Below the pieces are notes generated by a model. The model saw only the letters and a program-made list of their open reading frames with translations. It made no database searches and was not told the origin of the DNA. A stretch of DNA of 64,000 bases from Trueperaceae bacterium (GTDB lineage: Bacteria > Deinococcota > Deinococci > Deinococcales > Trueperaceae): assembly GCA_965213925.1 (NCBI GenBank), contig OZ243927.1, positions 32,001 through 96,000 of the forward strand, read 5' to 3'. Each line of letters opens with the position of its first letter. Positions within the stretch are counted from its first letter, which is position 1. The position numbers and the translations under genes were made by a program. Shown here in pieces: positions 39,387 to 49,087 of this stretch.

Positions 39387-41374
39387 GCTTTCCTTTTGGC
39401 GTGGACTACTACCCTGAGCACTGGCCGGAGGAGCGCTGGTCTGAGGACGCGCGGCTCATGGCTGAGATCGGCGTCAACACGGTGCGCTTGGCGGAGTTTG
39501 CTTGGTCGCGACTCGAGCCTCAAGAGGGCTGTTTCGACTTCGCCTGGTTGGACCGCGCGATCCATATCTTAGCCGAGAAAAACATCCGCACAATCTTAGG
39601 CACGCCCACCGCCTCTGCCCCACCTTGGCTCATGAACAAAGACGAAACGCTCTTCCTCGTGCGCGAGAACGGCGTGCGCCTCCCTTACGGTCATCGCCGC
39701 GAATACTGCCCGAGCCATCCGCTCTACTTTGAACACACCAAAGCTATCGTGACCGCGCTGGCGGAGCACTACAAAGATCATCCTAGCGTCGTCGGCTGGC
39801 AAATCGACAACGAGTTCGGCGACCGCTGCTACTGCGAGATTTGTCGCGAGAGGTTCCGCGCGTGGTTGCGGGACAAGTACAGCACGTTAGACGCCCTCAA
39901 CGAAGCGTGGGGGACGATCTTCTGGAGTCACGTTTACAACGACTGGTCGGAGATTCCCGTTCCGCTTAGCCCCGCGCCTTCGCACAACCCCGGCTTGGCA
40001 CTCGACTTCAAACGTTTCGCGTCGGACGTATACGTGAACTATCAAGACCTTCAACTCAGCGTCCTCCGCGAGCAGTGTCCCGAGCACTTCGTCACCCACA
40101 ACTTCATGGGCTTCGGCTTCGACCAGCTCAACTACTTCGACCTCGCTAAAGACTTAGACCTCGTCACCTGGGACAACTACCCGCGCGGCTTTTGGGACCT
40201 CAAGGCGCAGGTGAACGCGAGTGAGATTGCCCTCGCTCACGCCACCATGCGCGGACTTAAAGAGCAGAACTTCTGGCTGATGGAGCAGCAGTCGGGACCG
40301 GGCGGTTGGGACACGTTGAGCGTGACGCCGCGCCCCGGCGAACTCAGACTATGGGCGTATCAGGGGATTGCGCACGGCGCGGACGGGATGATCTTCTTCC
40401 GCTGGCGCACGGCGCGTTTCGGCGCGGAGGAGTACTGGCACGGGCTCCTGAACCACGACGGCACCACGGGGCGGCGTTTTGAAGAGATTAAAGAGGTAGG
40501 GCTCGAGCTGCAGCGCATCGGCTCCGAAATTCTCACCTCTAAAGTCGAGGCTGAAGTCGCTATGCTCCTCGACTACGACTCGCGCTTCGCCTTTCAAGTA
40601 CAGGCGAACAACCCGCAGTTTCGCTACCCCGAGCACTTCGCCACCATTTACGGAGCGTTTCACCGTTTGAACATCTCTGTTGACATCGTGCCGCCGGACG
40701 CGGACTTGTCGCGCTACAAGCTCGTCATTACGCCCGCGCTCTACGTCCTACCTGAAACGTTAGCTGAACGTCTTAAAACGTTCACCAAAGCGGGCGGCGT
40801 GCTCGTCACGACGCTGCGGAGCGGCGTTAAAGACGAGGCAAACGCGGTGGTCGATATGCCGCTGCCAGGACGGCTAGCCGAGCTTTGCGGCGTGACAATT
40901 CAGGACTACGACTCGCTACCAGAAGGTGCGGGACAAAAGCTCGAGTTCGCCTCCGACATCCCCTCTAAAAACGAGGCGAAAGCCGATATTTGGTGCGACA
41001 TCGTGACGCCGCAGAGCGCCGAGGTCGTCGCCCGCTACACCGCGAACTACTACCAAGACGAGGCGGCGGTGACGCGCAACCGCGCTGGGCAGGGTCACGC
41101 GGTCTACGTCGGCACAGCGGGTAACCGGGCGCTCTACGACACGCTTGCGCCGTGGCTTTTAGAGCTTGCGGGCGTTTCGGTATCTGCCGGGGAAGCGGGT
41201 CCCGAGCTTACCGAGCGCGTTAGAGGTGACACGCGCTTACGCTTCGTGCTGAATCACTCGGACCAAGAGAAGCGCGTCTATGTGCAGGGTCACGACTTAC
41301 TTTCAGACCGCTATTTGAATGGCGAAGTGACGCTGCCCCCCAAAGAGGTCTTAGTGCTGCGGCTTTCGCAGTAG
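39383..41374 (+). CDS. GH42 beta-galactosidase
   Basis: GVDYYPEHW, IDNE acid/base, CYC..C, MEQQ nucleophile, FRWR. Confidence 0.95.
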   Translation: MSFPFGVDYYPEHWPEERWSEDARLMAEIGVNTVRLAEFAWSRLEPQEGCFDFAWLDRAIHILAEKNIRTILGTPTASAPPWLMNKDETLFLVRENGVRLPYGHRREYCPSHPLYFEHTKAIVTALAEHYKDHPSVVGWQIDNEFGDRCYCEICRERFRAWLRDKYSTLDALNEAWGTIFWSHVYNDWSEIPVPLSPAPSHNPGLALDFKRFASDVYVNYQDLQLSVLREQCPEHFVTHNFMGFGFDQLNYFDLAKDLDLVTWDNYPRGFWDLKAQVNASEIALAHATMRGLKEQNFWLMEQQSGPGGWDTLSVTPRPGELRLWAYQGIAHGADGMIFFRWRTARFGAEEYWHGLLNHDGTTGRRFEEIKEVGLELQRIGSEILTSKVEAEVAMLLDYDSRFAFQVQANNPQFRYPEHFATIYGAFHRLNISVDIVPPDADLSRYKLVITPALYVLPETLAERLKTFTKAGGVLVTTLRSGVKDEANAVVDMPLPGRLAELCGVTIQDYDSLPEGAGQKLEFASDIPSKNEAKADIWCDIVTPQSAEVVARYTANYYQDEAAVTRNRAGQGHAVYVGTAGNRALYDTLAPWLLELAGVSVSAGEAGPELTERVRGDTRLRFVLNHSDQEKRVYVQGHDLLSDRYLNGEVTLPPKEVLVLRLSQ

Positions 41375-41385
41375 CGCTCCGGCCT

Positions 41386-41730
41386 ATGATCCACGGAGAA
41401 TTCAAGCTCTGGCTCTACGCGGCTGAGGAAACTGCGTATGAGCGGCTCGAGCTACCCCAGCGGCGGCTCTCCTGTTGGGTCATCAGCTACCTCGAGCAAG
41501 GAAGCGTCACCCTCAACTTACCGAACGAAAAGCGCGTGGTTAGAGCGGGAAGTGTGACGGTGCATCCGCCCAATCAACCGTTTACCGAACGCTCGAGCAC
41601 GCCAGGTGTTCATACGGAATTGCACGGTTTACTTATCCTTACCGAGAGCGTCAGAGCTTTTCAGCGGCTCAGCCACCGGCTAGCGGGTTTGGGCCGAGTT
41701 TACGTCCCATCACAGATGGGCACGGCATAG
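41386..41730 (+). pseudogene. AraC-family ligand-binding (cupin) fragment lacking HTH
   Basis: WVISYLEQGSVTL...AGSVTVHPPNQP; ends without AraC HTH. Confidence 0.5.
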
Positions 41731-41930
41731 TTTGCAAGCTATGTCGTGCAACCTCGTATCACCAGTGGCTCCTTTTGGACATCAAAGAGGGTGCAGGCGT
41801 CGAACTACTCAGGCGTCATTTGCTGCCGCGCGTTGTAACCCTCGACGCTTCCGGTAGGTTTGAAAGCTGCTTTAGTACACTCTTATACGGATTCCTTATG
41901 ACCTGCTGAAATGCTGATAGCCCCGTCTGC

Positions 41931-42920
41931 CTAAAAATTAGCGCCTCCCCTTAAAACGCCTACCGTGATGTAGCCGATATAAACCGCATAAATCGCCAAA
42001 ACGACGAGCCCCTCAATCCGCGTGAACTTGAGGCGCAACGTTAGAAAAATCGCGACGACAACGCTAACCCCGATCATCGTCCAGAAGTCCGGGCTATAGA
42101 ACTCAGGCGGCACATTGAGCGGCACGACCATCGAGGTAATGCCGATAATCGAAAGCACGTTAAAGATATTCGAGCCGACCAGATTGCCTAAAATAATGTC
42201 GCCCTCTTTTTTCAGCGCAGCCGCGACGCTCGCCGCGAGTTCGGGCAGGCTCGTGCCGACGGCGACTAGCGTAATCCCGATGACGCGCTCACTAACGCCC
42301 GCAGCCCGCGCCAAGCCCGTCGCACCGCCAACCAAAAGCTGCGCGCCTGCGACGAGCAGCACCGCGCCAACTGCAGCGAAGATAAGCGGCTTAGCGACGC
42401 CCTCATCTTCGACCTCTTCTAACTCGCTCGCCATCTCCTCGATTTCGCTCTGCTCATCGCTGCGCAAAAGGACGACGACGTAGCCGACGAGTAGACCGAA
42501 CAAGAGGAGACCCTCGAGCCGGTTGATTCGCGCTAGCCCATCCTCGCCTGCGCCAAAGGTCAACACGAGTAGTAGCAAACTCGTCCCGATCATAAAGGGA
42601 ACTTCGCGCCGCACAAAACTCTTCGTCGTCGCGAGCGGATAGATAAGCGCCGCTACGCCCATGACGAGCGCAAGGTTGGCGATGTTCGAGCCGATGATGT
42701 TACCCATGACAAGGTCGTCTGCGTTTTGAAAGGCGGCGGTCAGCGCGGCGGCGAGTTCAGGCGCACTCGTGCCGAACGCTACGACGGTTAAGCCGATAAA
42801 AAGCGTGCTGACGCCGAAATGACGCGCCAGTTTCGCCGCGTTATCAATGAGGTAGTCGCCGCCGAAATACAAACAGACGATGCCCGCAATAATGAGCCCG
42901 AAGGCGAGGAAGATATTCAC
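41931..42920 (-). CDS. Ca2+/Na+ antiporter (YrbG family)
   Basis: Two alpha repeats GTSAPE...GSNIAN and GTSLPE...GSNIFN. Confidence 0.93.
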   Translation of the reverse strand: MNIFLAFGLIIAGIVCLYFGGDYLIDNAAKLARHFGVSTLFIGLTVVAFGTSAPELAAALTAAFQNADDLVMGNIIGSNIANLALVMGVAALIYPLATTKSFVRREVPFMIGTSLLLLVLTFGAGEDGLARINRLEGLLLFGLLVGYVVVLLRSDEQSEIEEMASELEEVEDEGVAKPLIFAAVGAVLLVAGAQLLVGGATGLARAAGVSERVIGITLVAVGTSLPELAASVAAALKKEGDIILGNLVGSNIFNVLSIIGITSMVVPLNVPPEFYSPDFWTMIGVSVVVAIFLTLRLKFTRIEGLVVLAIYAVYIGYITVGVLRGGANF

Positions 42921-42986
42921 GTAAAAGTCCTTTGGTGTAGAGAGTTGAGTAGCGTCTCAGCAGAGAGGTTGAATAGTTTGGCGTAT

Positions 42987-43052
42987 ACAGCATTTCAGCC
43001 AGTCAGCTTATCAGATTTTTCCTGACCTGCTGACTAGCTGACCGGCTGATTG
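42987..43052. repeat. Octamer tandem-repeat palindrome
   Basis: TCAGCCAG TCAGCTTA TCAG...CTGACCT GCTGACTA GCTGACCG GCTGA. Confidence 0.7.
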
Positions 43053-43089
43053 GTTTTTACAGTACGAATTGCGCTACCTTAGTTCTCAC

Positions 43090-43668
43090 TTAGAGGTGAG
43101 GCGTAATCGACGGCATCAGGTTATCAAACGTCCGCCCCGAAGCGTTCTGCCCAATGGCTTGAAACTGCCAGCTATTTCCCTCACGGTAGACTTTCGTCAT
43201 GATCTGCGCGGTGTGGTTTCCTTGCGCCGAGAGGTCGAAGCGGGCGATTTCCTCGCCCGTGCTCTTGTCCACCAAACGGCAAAACGCATTCTCAATCTGC
43301 GAGAAGTTCTCGCCCGTAAAGCTGTTGACGACGAAGACGATGGTCGAGACCTCGCTCGGCACGCCGCTCAAATCTACAATGATTTGCTCATCATCCCCTT
43401 CGCCCGCGCCCGTGCGGTTGTCGCCCGTGTGGATAATGCTCCCGTCACGGCTGCGAAGTTGGCGAAACCAGACCTCATCCACCTTCTGCTTCTGCGCGTT
43501 GAACAAAACCGCGCTCGCGTCCAGGTCGATATCTTGCTGGCGCTTGCCGAAGCCGAAGAACCCGCCTGTTTCCTTCGCGTCCCAGCCGAGCCCCATCACG
43601 ACCTCTTTCAAGCCGCTGCCGCCTTTTTCTAGGCTGATTTTTTGTCCCTTGCTTAAACTTACGCTCAT
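43090..43668 (-). CDS. TerD-family protein (TerZ-like)
   Basis: [37 protein letters not shown]. Confidence 0.92.
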   Translation of the reverse strand: MSVSLSKGQKISLEKGGSGLKEVVMGLGWDAKETGGFFGFGKRQQDIDLDASAVLFNAQKQKVDEVWFRQLRSRDGSIIHTGDNRTGAGEGDDEQIIVDLSGVPSEVSTIVFVVNSFTGENFSQIENAFCRLVDKSTGEEIARFDLSAQGNHTAQIMTKVYREGNSWQFQAIGQNASGRTFDNLMPSITPHL

Positions 43669-43730
43669 GAAGTTCCTTTCGCTGATAATGGTAAGTGCTG
43701 ATGTATTACGGAGATAAACCGCTTAGTTGA

Positions 43731-43800
43731 AAGGACTGAGAGAAAAGGACTGAGGACTGAGTAAAACCCTCTTTTCTCTCAGCATTCAGTCCTTTTCTCT
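43731..43800. repeat. AGGACTG heptamer palindromic repeat, copy 1
   Basis: 24-bp TGAGAGAAAAGGACTGAGGACTGA (43737-43760) identical to 47265-47288, followed by an inverted arm. Confidence 0.8.
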
Positions 43801-44954
43801 TACTTCCTTCCTGCTCTCCAATTAAACCCAAACCCGTAATGCTCATCCGCCTCACGGTGTCCCGCGAAGTAACGCTCCTCTTTCGTAATCAGAACGTCGC
43901 CTTGGCGGTTTTCAATCGTGCAGATGGCGCAAAAGGTACGCTTAGGGTCGGGGTTATCCAAATTGATGACGATTTCGCGCCCGTTCGGGTCGGTGAGGCT
44001 GAGCCGCGCGTTGACCTCGCCGAAGCCGCGTGCGCCCTCGTAGATAAAGGTGAAGACCATGACCTTGTCGATGAGGTCGGGGCGAAATATCGTCAAGTTC
44101 TCGCCGTCTTGTGATGCGCCGCTGCGGTCATCCTTATCCAAAAGGATATAGGGCGACTCGCCCTTTACGCCGAAGTAGCCGCCGACGGGCTGGATGACGT
44201 GCGAGTCGCCGTCTTGCATCATGAACATGCAGCCCAAGTCGAGGTCGGGCGCTTTTTGGGCAAACCTGCGCTTTTCGGGACTCTGCCAGTTGAGGTTGAC
44301 GTGAACTTGATTCGCGCCGCGTTTGCTGAGGTTGACGCGCTGCTGATCGCCGCGTTTCTCCAGAGTGACTTTGCTCAGATTGACGGTAGGAGGAGGCGCA
44401 GGCTCCGGTTCAGGCGTCGCGGGTTTGATCTCTTCGCCGCCAAAATGCTCGAGAAGAGCACTCAGACCGCCGTTAAACCCTTGCCCCACCGCTGAAACGC
44501 GCCACTCCTCTTTGCGGTAAATCTCGAGCAAAATAATCGCTTTTTCGCTCGAGAAGTCACTCCCCGAAAACTCAAAGCGCATGACCTCTTGGTCGGACGC
44601 GCTGAGGCGAACGTAGCCACTATTTAAGCCGTTCATGCTGCCCGTACCGTCGAGCGACACGGTGAGAACGAGCCGTTCAATCGTATTCGGCAGCTTATCC
44701 AAGTCAATGCGGAACTGCTCGCGCTCGAGCATGTTCCCACCCAACGACTCTAACGCCCCCTCGGGGCTGCGCTTTTGGTTATAAAAGATAAAGTAGCGGT
44801 CGTCGGAGAGCTTGCCGTTCGCGTCCACTCCAAAGAGGCTCACGTCCATATCGCCGGGGACTTGGCTGGATAAGCCGACGCCTAGCTCGAGCCTCTTCTG
44901 CGGGGTCAACGCACTTAACTTGCTCTTCTGACCGCGAACGAAGGTTTGAGACAC
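43800..44954 (-). CDS. TerD domain plus TerA-like C-terminal domain protein
   Basis: LSDDRYFIFYNQ; Pro linker; DLDLGC, PYILLDKDDRSG, GENL, FIYEG. Confidence 0.85.
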   Translation of the reverse strand: MSQTFVRGQKSKLSALTPQKRLELGVGLSSQVPGDMDVSLFGVDANGKLSDDRYFIFYNQKRSPEGALESLGGNMLEREQFRIDLDKLPNTIERLVLTVSLDGTGSMNGLNSGYVRLSASDQEVMRFEFSGSDFSSEKAIILLEIYRKEEWRVSAVGQGFNGGLSALLEHFGGEEIKPATPEPEPAPPPTVNLSKVTLEKRGDQQRVNLSKRGANQVHVNLNWQSPEKRRFAQKAPDLDLGCMFMMQDGDSHVIQPVGGYFGVKGESPYILLDKDDRSGASQDGENLTIFRPDLIDKVMVFTFIYEGARGFGEVNARLSLTDPNGREIVINLDNPDPKRTFCAICTIENRQGDVLITKEERYFAGHREADEHYGFGFNWRAGRK

Positions 44955-44957
44955 CCT

Positions 44958-46523
44958 TTACCGACCCCCGCTGATGATGTCGCCTAAGAGCCCCGAACCA
45001 CCTGCGCCGCGCTGCTCGCCCGTCTGCCGCCTGAGAGCGGACTTTAGCCGGTCGGCGAGTCTCGACAACGGTAAGCTCTGCAAGTAGATACGCCCCGGAC
45101 CCTTCAAGGTTGCCATAAAGAGACCCTCGCCGCCGAAGAGCGCGTTTTTGAAGCCGCCGATGAACTCGATGTTGTAGTCCACCGTGGGAGCCATGCCGAC
45201 TAAGCAACCCGTATCTACGCGCAAGGTCTCGCCCGATTTAAGGTCACGCTGGACGATCGCGCCGCCCGCGTGGATAAAGGCGCGTCCGTCCCCCTTAAGC
45301 CGCTGGAGGATGAACCCCTCACCGCCGAAAAAGCCCGCGCCGATGCGCTTGGTGAAGGCGACGCTGATGTCTACGCCCTTCGCGGCACATAAAAAAGCGT
45401 CCTTTTGACAGAAGAACTCGTTGCCGAATTCGTTCAGGTCAAGCGGAACGATGCGCCCCGGATAGGGCGCGGCGAAGGCGACGTGCCCTTTGCCCTGACC
45501 CTGATACACGAACGAGGTGATGAAGAAGCTCTCTCCGCTGATGGCTCGTCGCAGCCCGCCTAAAAGCCCCTGCATGATGCCGCCGTCACCACCGCCCATG
45601 CCCGTATTCATTTTGATACCGTCGCCCATGTACATCATCGCGCCGACCTCGGCTTGGACGGATTCGCCGTGGTCGAGTTCGACTTCGACGAGCTGCATGT
45701 CGTCACCGAAAATATGATAGTCGATGACGTCGGCGCTACCGCCCTGGTTCATAGTCTGTCCACTGCTCCTCCGAATACTCTCCGCCCCTTGCATCCCTGA
45801 GCCCGACATGGCGGCTCTCTGTTGTTGCGTGGATCCTTGTTGGAAACTTGAGCTTCCCGACGAGGAGGTATTAGAGGCACCAGGCGGCATATTCGGCTTC
45901 GAAGTCTGCACGCTCGGCATGGGCGGCGTGGTCTGTCCGGTGTACTGTCCGTATTGGGTATTGGTCTGAGGGGGCGGCTGGTAATTAGGGTGCGCTTGCG
46001 GCGGCTGGGGTGGAGGGGGCGAGGCGGACTGACCGCCGAAGTGCTCCAAGAGCGCCTCCAACCCTCCCTGAAAGCCTTGCCCTACCGCCGCGAGTCGCCA
46101 CTCATCCTTGAGGTAAAGCTCCGCGAGGATAAGCGCTTTTTCGCCCGAAAGTTCGGCGGCGGCGGTGCTGTAGGTGGCAAAGCCACCATCTGAGCCCGTC
46201 AGCGTGAACTGCGTGTTGCCCGGTCCAGCCTGCTCGCCCGTCACCGTGAAGACGAGCCGCTGCACCTGTGGTGGCAACTTAGCAAGGTCAACATTCACGT
46301 TGACCCTGCCGCTGCTCGCCGGACTCGCGACGATGGCTCCTTCGGGCGAGCTTAACTGGTTGTAAAAGATGAAGTAGCGGTCGTCGCTGAGCCGCCCCGC
46401 GCCGTCCACCCCGAACACGCTGATGTCAGCGTCACTACGGTCGCTGCTCATCGCCACTTGCAAGTTCGTGCTGCGCGTGATTTCCCCCAGCTTCGTCTTC
46501 TGTCCGCGAACGAGGGTGGTCAT
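44958..46523 (-). CDS. TerD domain - Pro/Gln/Ser linker - AIM24 (TIGR00266-like) fusion
   Basis: N-terminal SDDRYFIFYNQ; C-terminal GDDMQLVEVEL, CQKDAFL, FGGEGF, GPGRIYLQSLP. Confidence 0.85.
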   Translation of the reverse strand: MTTLVRGQKTKLGEITRSTNLQVAMSSDRSDADISVFGVDGAGRLSDDRYFIFYNQLSSPEGAIVASPASSGRVNVNVDLAKLPPQVQRLVFTVTGEQAGPGNTQFTLTGSDGGFATYSTAAAELSGEKALILAELYLKDEWRLAAVGQGFQGGLEALLEHFGGQSASPPPPQPPQAHPNYQPPPQTNTQYGQYTGQTTPPMPSVQTSKPNMPPGASNTSSSGSSSFQQGSTQQQRAAMSGSGMQGAESIRRSSGQTMNQGGSADVIDYHIFGDDMQLVEVELDHGESVQAEVGAMMYMGDGIKMNTGMGGGDGGIMQGLLGGLRRAISGESFFITSFVYQGQGKGHVAFAAPYPGRIVPLDLNEFGNEFFCQKDAFLCAAKGVDISVAFTKRIGAGFFGGEGFILQRLKGDGRAFIHAGGAIVQRDLKSGETLRVDTGCLVGMAPTVDYNIEFIGGFKNALFGGEGLFMATLKGPGRIYLQSLPLSRLADRLKSALRRQTGEQRGAGGSGLLGDIISGGR

Positions 46524-46538
46524 CTTTAACCTACCCGA

Positions 46539-47117
46539 TTAACCGACGTTGACGCCGAAATTCCGCGCCAACGGTCCTAAGCCGCCGTTATAGCCCTGCC
46601 CGACGGCTCTAAACTTCCACTCGTTGTTATGGCGGTAGAGTTCGCCGAAGATCATTGCCGTTTCGGTGCTCGCGTCTTCCGAGAGGTCGTAGCGGGTGAT
46701 TTCGTTGTTACTTTCAGCGTTCACCACACGGATAAAGGCGTTTTGGACCATGCCGAAGTTCTGCTTACGCGAGTCGGCGTCGTGAATCGTTACAGCCACG
46801 ACGAGCTTTTGCACGTCATTGGGCACGCTCGGAAGCTGCACTTTAATCGCTTCGTCGTCCCCTTCGCCCTCGCCCGTGCGGTTGTCGCCCGTGTGCTCGA
46901 CAGAGCCGTCCGAGCTTTTCAGATTGTTATAGAAGATGAAGTCCTGGTCACTGCGAATCTTGCCCGACTCGTTCAGCAAAAAGACGCTCGCGTCGAGGTC
47001 GAAGTCCGAGCCGTCCGTGCTGCGCACGTCCCACCCTAAGCCGACCATCGCGCTCTTTAAGTTCGGGTCTTCCTTGCTGAGACTGACGTTGCCACCTTTT
47101 TGTAGACTGACTGCCAT
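46539..47117 (-). CDS. terD: TerD/TerE protein
   Basis: [38 protein letters not shown]. Confidence 0.93.
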   Translation of the reverse strand: MAVSLQKGGNVSLSKEDPNLKSAMVGLGWDVRSTDGSDFDLDASVFLLNESGKIRSDQDFIFYNNLKSSDGSVEHTGDNRTGEGEGDDEAIKVQLPSVPNDVQKLVVAVTIHDADSRKQNFGMVQNAFIRVVNAESNNEITRYDLSEDASTETAMIFGELYRHNNEWKFRAVGQGYNGGLGPLARNFGVNVG

Positions 47118-47189
47118 GTTGTGCTCCTCTCGAGATTTATCTTGATAGTTTATTATGCCAAATGTACGTTAAGAATGCGTCAACATCAG

Positions 47190-47362
47190 GAGAGCAATGA
47201 GTTCCGAGCAATTCCCTTTCGGGGTTACGCAGTTTTCCGAAGGAAACGAACGGTGAGCAATAGGTGAGAGAAAAGGACTGAGGACTGACGACTGAGGTTT
47301 GGTCTTTACTTTTCTCTCAGTCCTCAGTCCTTTAACCTTATTTTATCATTGCTCATTGCTGC
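47190..47362. repeat. Nested palindromic heptamer repeats (AGCAATG outer, AGGACTG inner)
   Basis: GAGCAATGAG...TGAGCAA...AGGACTGAGGACTGACGACTGAG...CTCAGTCCTCAGTCCT...TCATTGCTCATTGCT. Confidence 0.75.
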
Positions 47363-47368
47363 TTACAC

Positions 47369-47944
47369 CTAAGCGTTCACCCCGTAGGAAGACGCCAGCG
47401 GTCCCAGTCCACCATTAAACCCCTGCCCCACCGCGCGAAACTTCCACTCGCCGTTGTGACGGTAAACCTCGCCAAATACCATCGCCGCTTCAGTGCTGGC
47501 ATCTTCGGAGAGGTCGTAGCGGGCGATTTCGTTGTTACTTTCAGCGTTCACAACACGGATGAAGGCGCTCTGCACCATCCCGAAGTTTTGGCGGCGGCTC
47601 TCGGCGTCGTGAATGGTTACGGTGACGACGACTTTTTGCACGTCGTTCGGGACGCCCTCTAAATTCACTGCGACGACTTCGTCATCGCCCTCACCCTCGC
47701 CCGTGCGGTTGTCGCCTAAGTGCTCCACTGCGCCGTCACTGCTCTTGGCGTTGTTGTAGAAGATGAAATCCTGGTCGCTACGTACCTTGCCCGACTCGCT
47801 GAGCAAAAACGCGCTCGCGTCTAAGTCGAAGTCTGCGCCGTCCGTCGCCCGCAAGTCCCAGCCTAAACCCACGTTAATTTTTTTAAGTCCGGGCTCCGAC
47901 TTGGTCAGCGAGACGTTGCCGCCTTTTTGCAAGTTGACTGCCAT
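47369..47944 (-). CDS. terD: TerD/TerE protein
   Basis: Close paralog of 46539-47117 with the same motifs. Confidence 0.93.
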   Translation of the reverse strand: MAVNLQKGGNVSLTKSEPGLKKINVGLGWDLRATDGADFDLDASAFLLSESGKVRSDQDFIFYNNAKSSDGAVEHLGDNRTGEGEGDDEVVAVNLEGVPNDVQKVVVTVTIHDAESRRQNFGMVQSAFIRVVNAESNNEIARYDLSEDASTEAAMVFGEVYRHNGEWKFRAVGQGFNGGLGPLASSYGVNA

Positions 47945-48130
47945 ATGTGCCTCCTTTACTTCTTCTATTTACGTTAGCATCAGTTTAGTATAGAGATACC
48001 GTTAGAAATGTTACAGGTTATTGGCATCTTAGCTAGTCAGCATTTTAGATAGCCAGGAAAAGCCTCTCGAGCTTCGGCTAACATGCACCCCGACACCGCA
48101 GAGAAAGAAGCTCTATATCTCTTTCAACCT

Positions 48131-49087
48131 CTACATCACGTTCACCGGAACGAACTCGTGATGCAGTTCTTCTGCACCTAAGGGCGTCACCTCGAGCCCG
48201 TAATGCGCCGCTCTTTGCACAATCTGCTCCGCCCACTTTCTATGCGTGTTCGGCTCGCAGAGTCGCCCGTTGCGCAAAAAGACGGCGGGCGCGTCCGCTT
48301 CTAAAATGGCTTGCGCGCTCTCCCACTCCCGCGGGTTGACCTTGTAGCACGCTTCGATAACCGGGATTTGCTCGGGGTGAATCGCCGTTTTGCCGAAGAG
48401 CCCGTGTTGCAAGTCGAGCTTGACCTCTTTGGTTAGCGTTGCGGGGTCGTTCACCGCGTCGTAAACGGGCGCACTGAGGTTGAAACCGAAGGGTTTGAAT
48501 AGCGTAACGAGGCGGTCAACTACGTGCGAGAGAGGCGTGTCGTAAAGGAGCACGCCGCGCTCGCGCCGCAAGGAGAGCAAATTCAAGAGGTCGTTGCCGC
48601 CGATGCGAAGGGATAAGACGCGCCGCCTAATGTGGGGTGAAAGGAGCGTCTCTCTAAGCTGGGTCATGCTCGCTTCGCTAAAGACCTCTTGCGTCTCGAG
48701 CGTCAGCATCAGCGAGAGGTGGCTCTCGATAGGCAAGAGCCCCAAGTAGTGCGCCAAGCTCTCCACCGTCACCTTGGGCAAGACTAAACCGTGCAAGGGA
48801 GCGGTGTTCATGGCGAGGACGTGGCGCATGACCTCAGCGTTGCGAACGCGCACAAAGCGCATAGGCGCGGCGTCGTCGTCCAAGCTGAGGGTGTTTAGAG
48901 CCGTTGCCAGATTATGCAGCGCGTAAGGCAGTTTGGACAATCCTACCGCGTCCTCCGTGCAGTAAATCAGCGAGCGAAGCGGAAACTTCCGACCTCTTCC
49001 GATCGCGACGAGGTCGGGGTGTGTAGCGGGAACGTACAGACTTGCGCCGAGGGCGAGGGCGTCATTCGTGTGAACCGTCGAGGTCAT
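48131..49087 (-). CDS. HpcH/HpaI aldolase / citrate-lyase-like protein (Ter-associated)
   Basis: LGASLYVPAT, CTEDAV, LPK, RIGGNDL, GKTAIHPEQI. Confidence 0.88.
   Translation of the reverse strand: MTSTVHTNDALALGASLYVPATHPDLVAIGRGRKFPLRSLIYCTEDAVGLSKLPYALHNLATALNTLSLDDDAAPMRFVRVRNAEVMRHVLAMNTAPLHGLVLPKVTVESLAHYLGLLPIESHLSLMLTLETQEVFSEASMTQLRETLLSPHIRRRVLSLRIGGNDLLNLLSLRRERGVLLYDTPLSHVVDRLVTLFKPFGFNLSAPVYDAVNDPATLTKEVKLDLQHGLFGKTAIHPEQIPVIEACYKVNPREWESAQAILEADAPAVFLRNGRLCEPNTHRKWAEQIVQRAAHYGLEVTPLGAEELHHEFVPVNVM

Noticed and set aside
43731..47362. CRISPR array from the AGGACTG repeats
   Set aside because: Short tandem units without unique spacers, only two distant copies, no cas genes.
46680..47570. 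Near-identical 60-bp stretch in the two terD paralogs as a mobile repeat
   Set aside because: Explained by paralogy or gene conversion within coding sequence.
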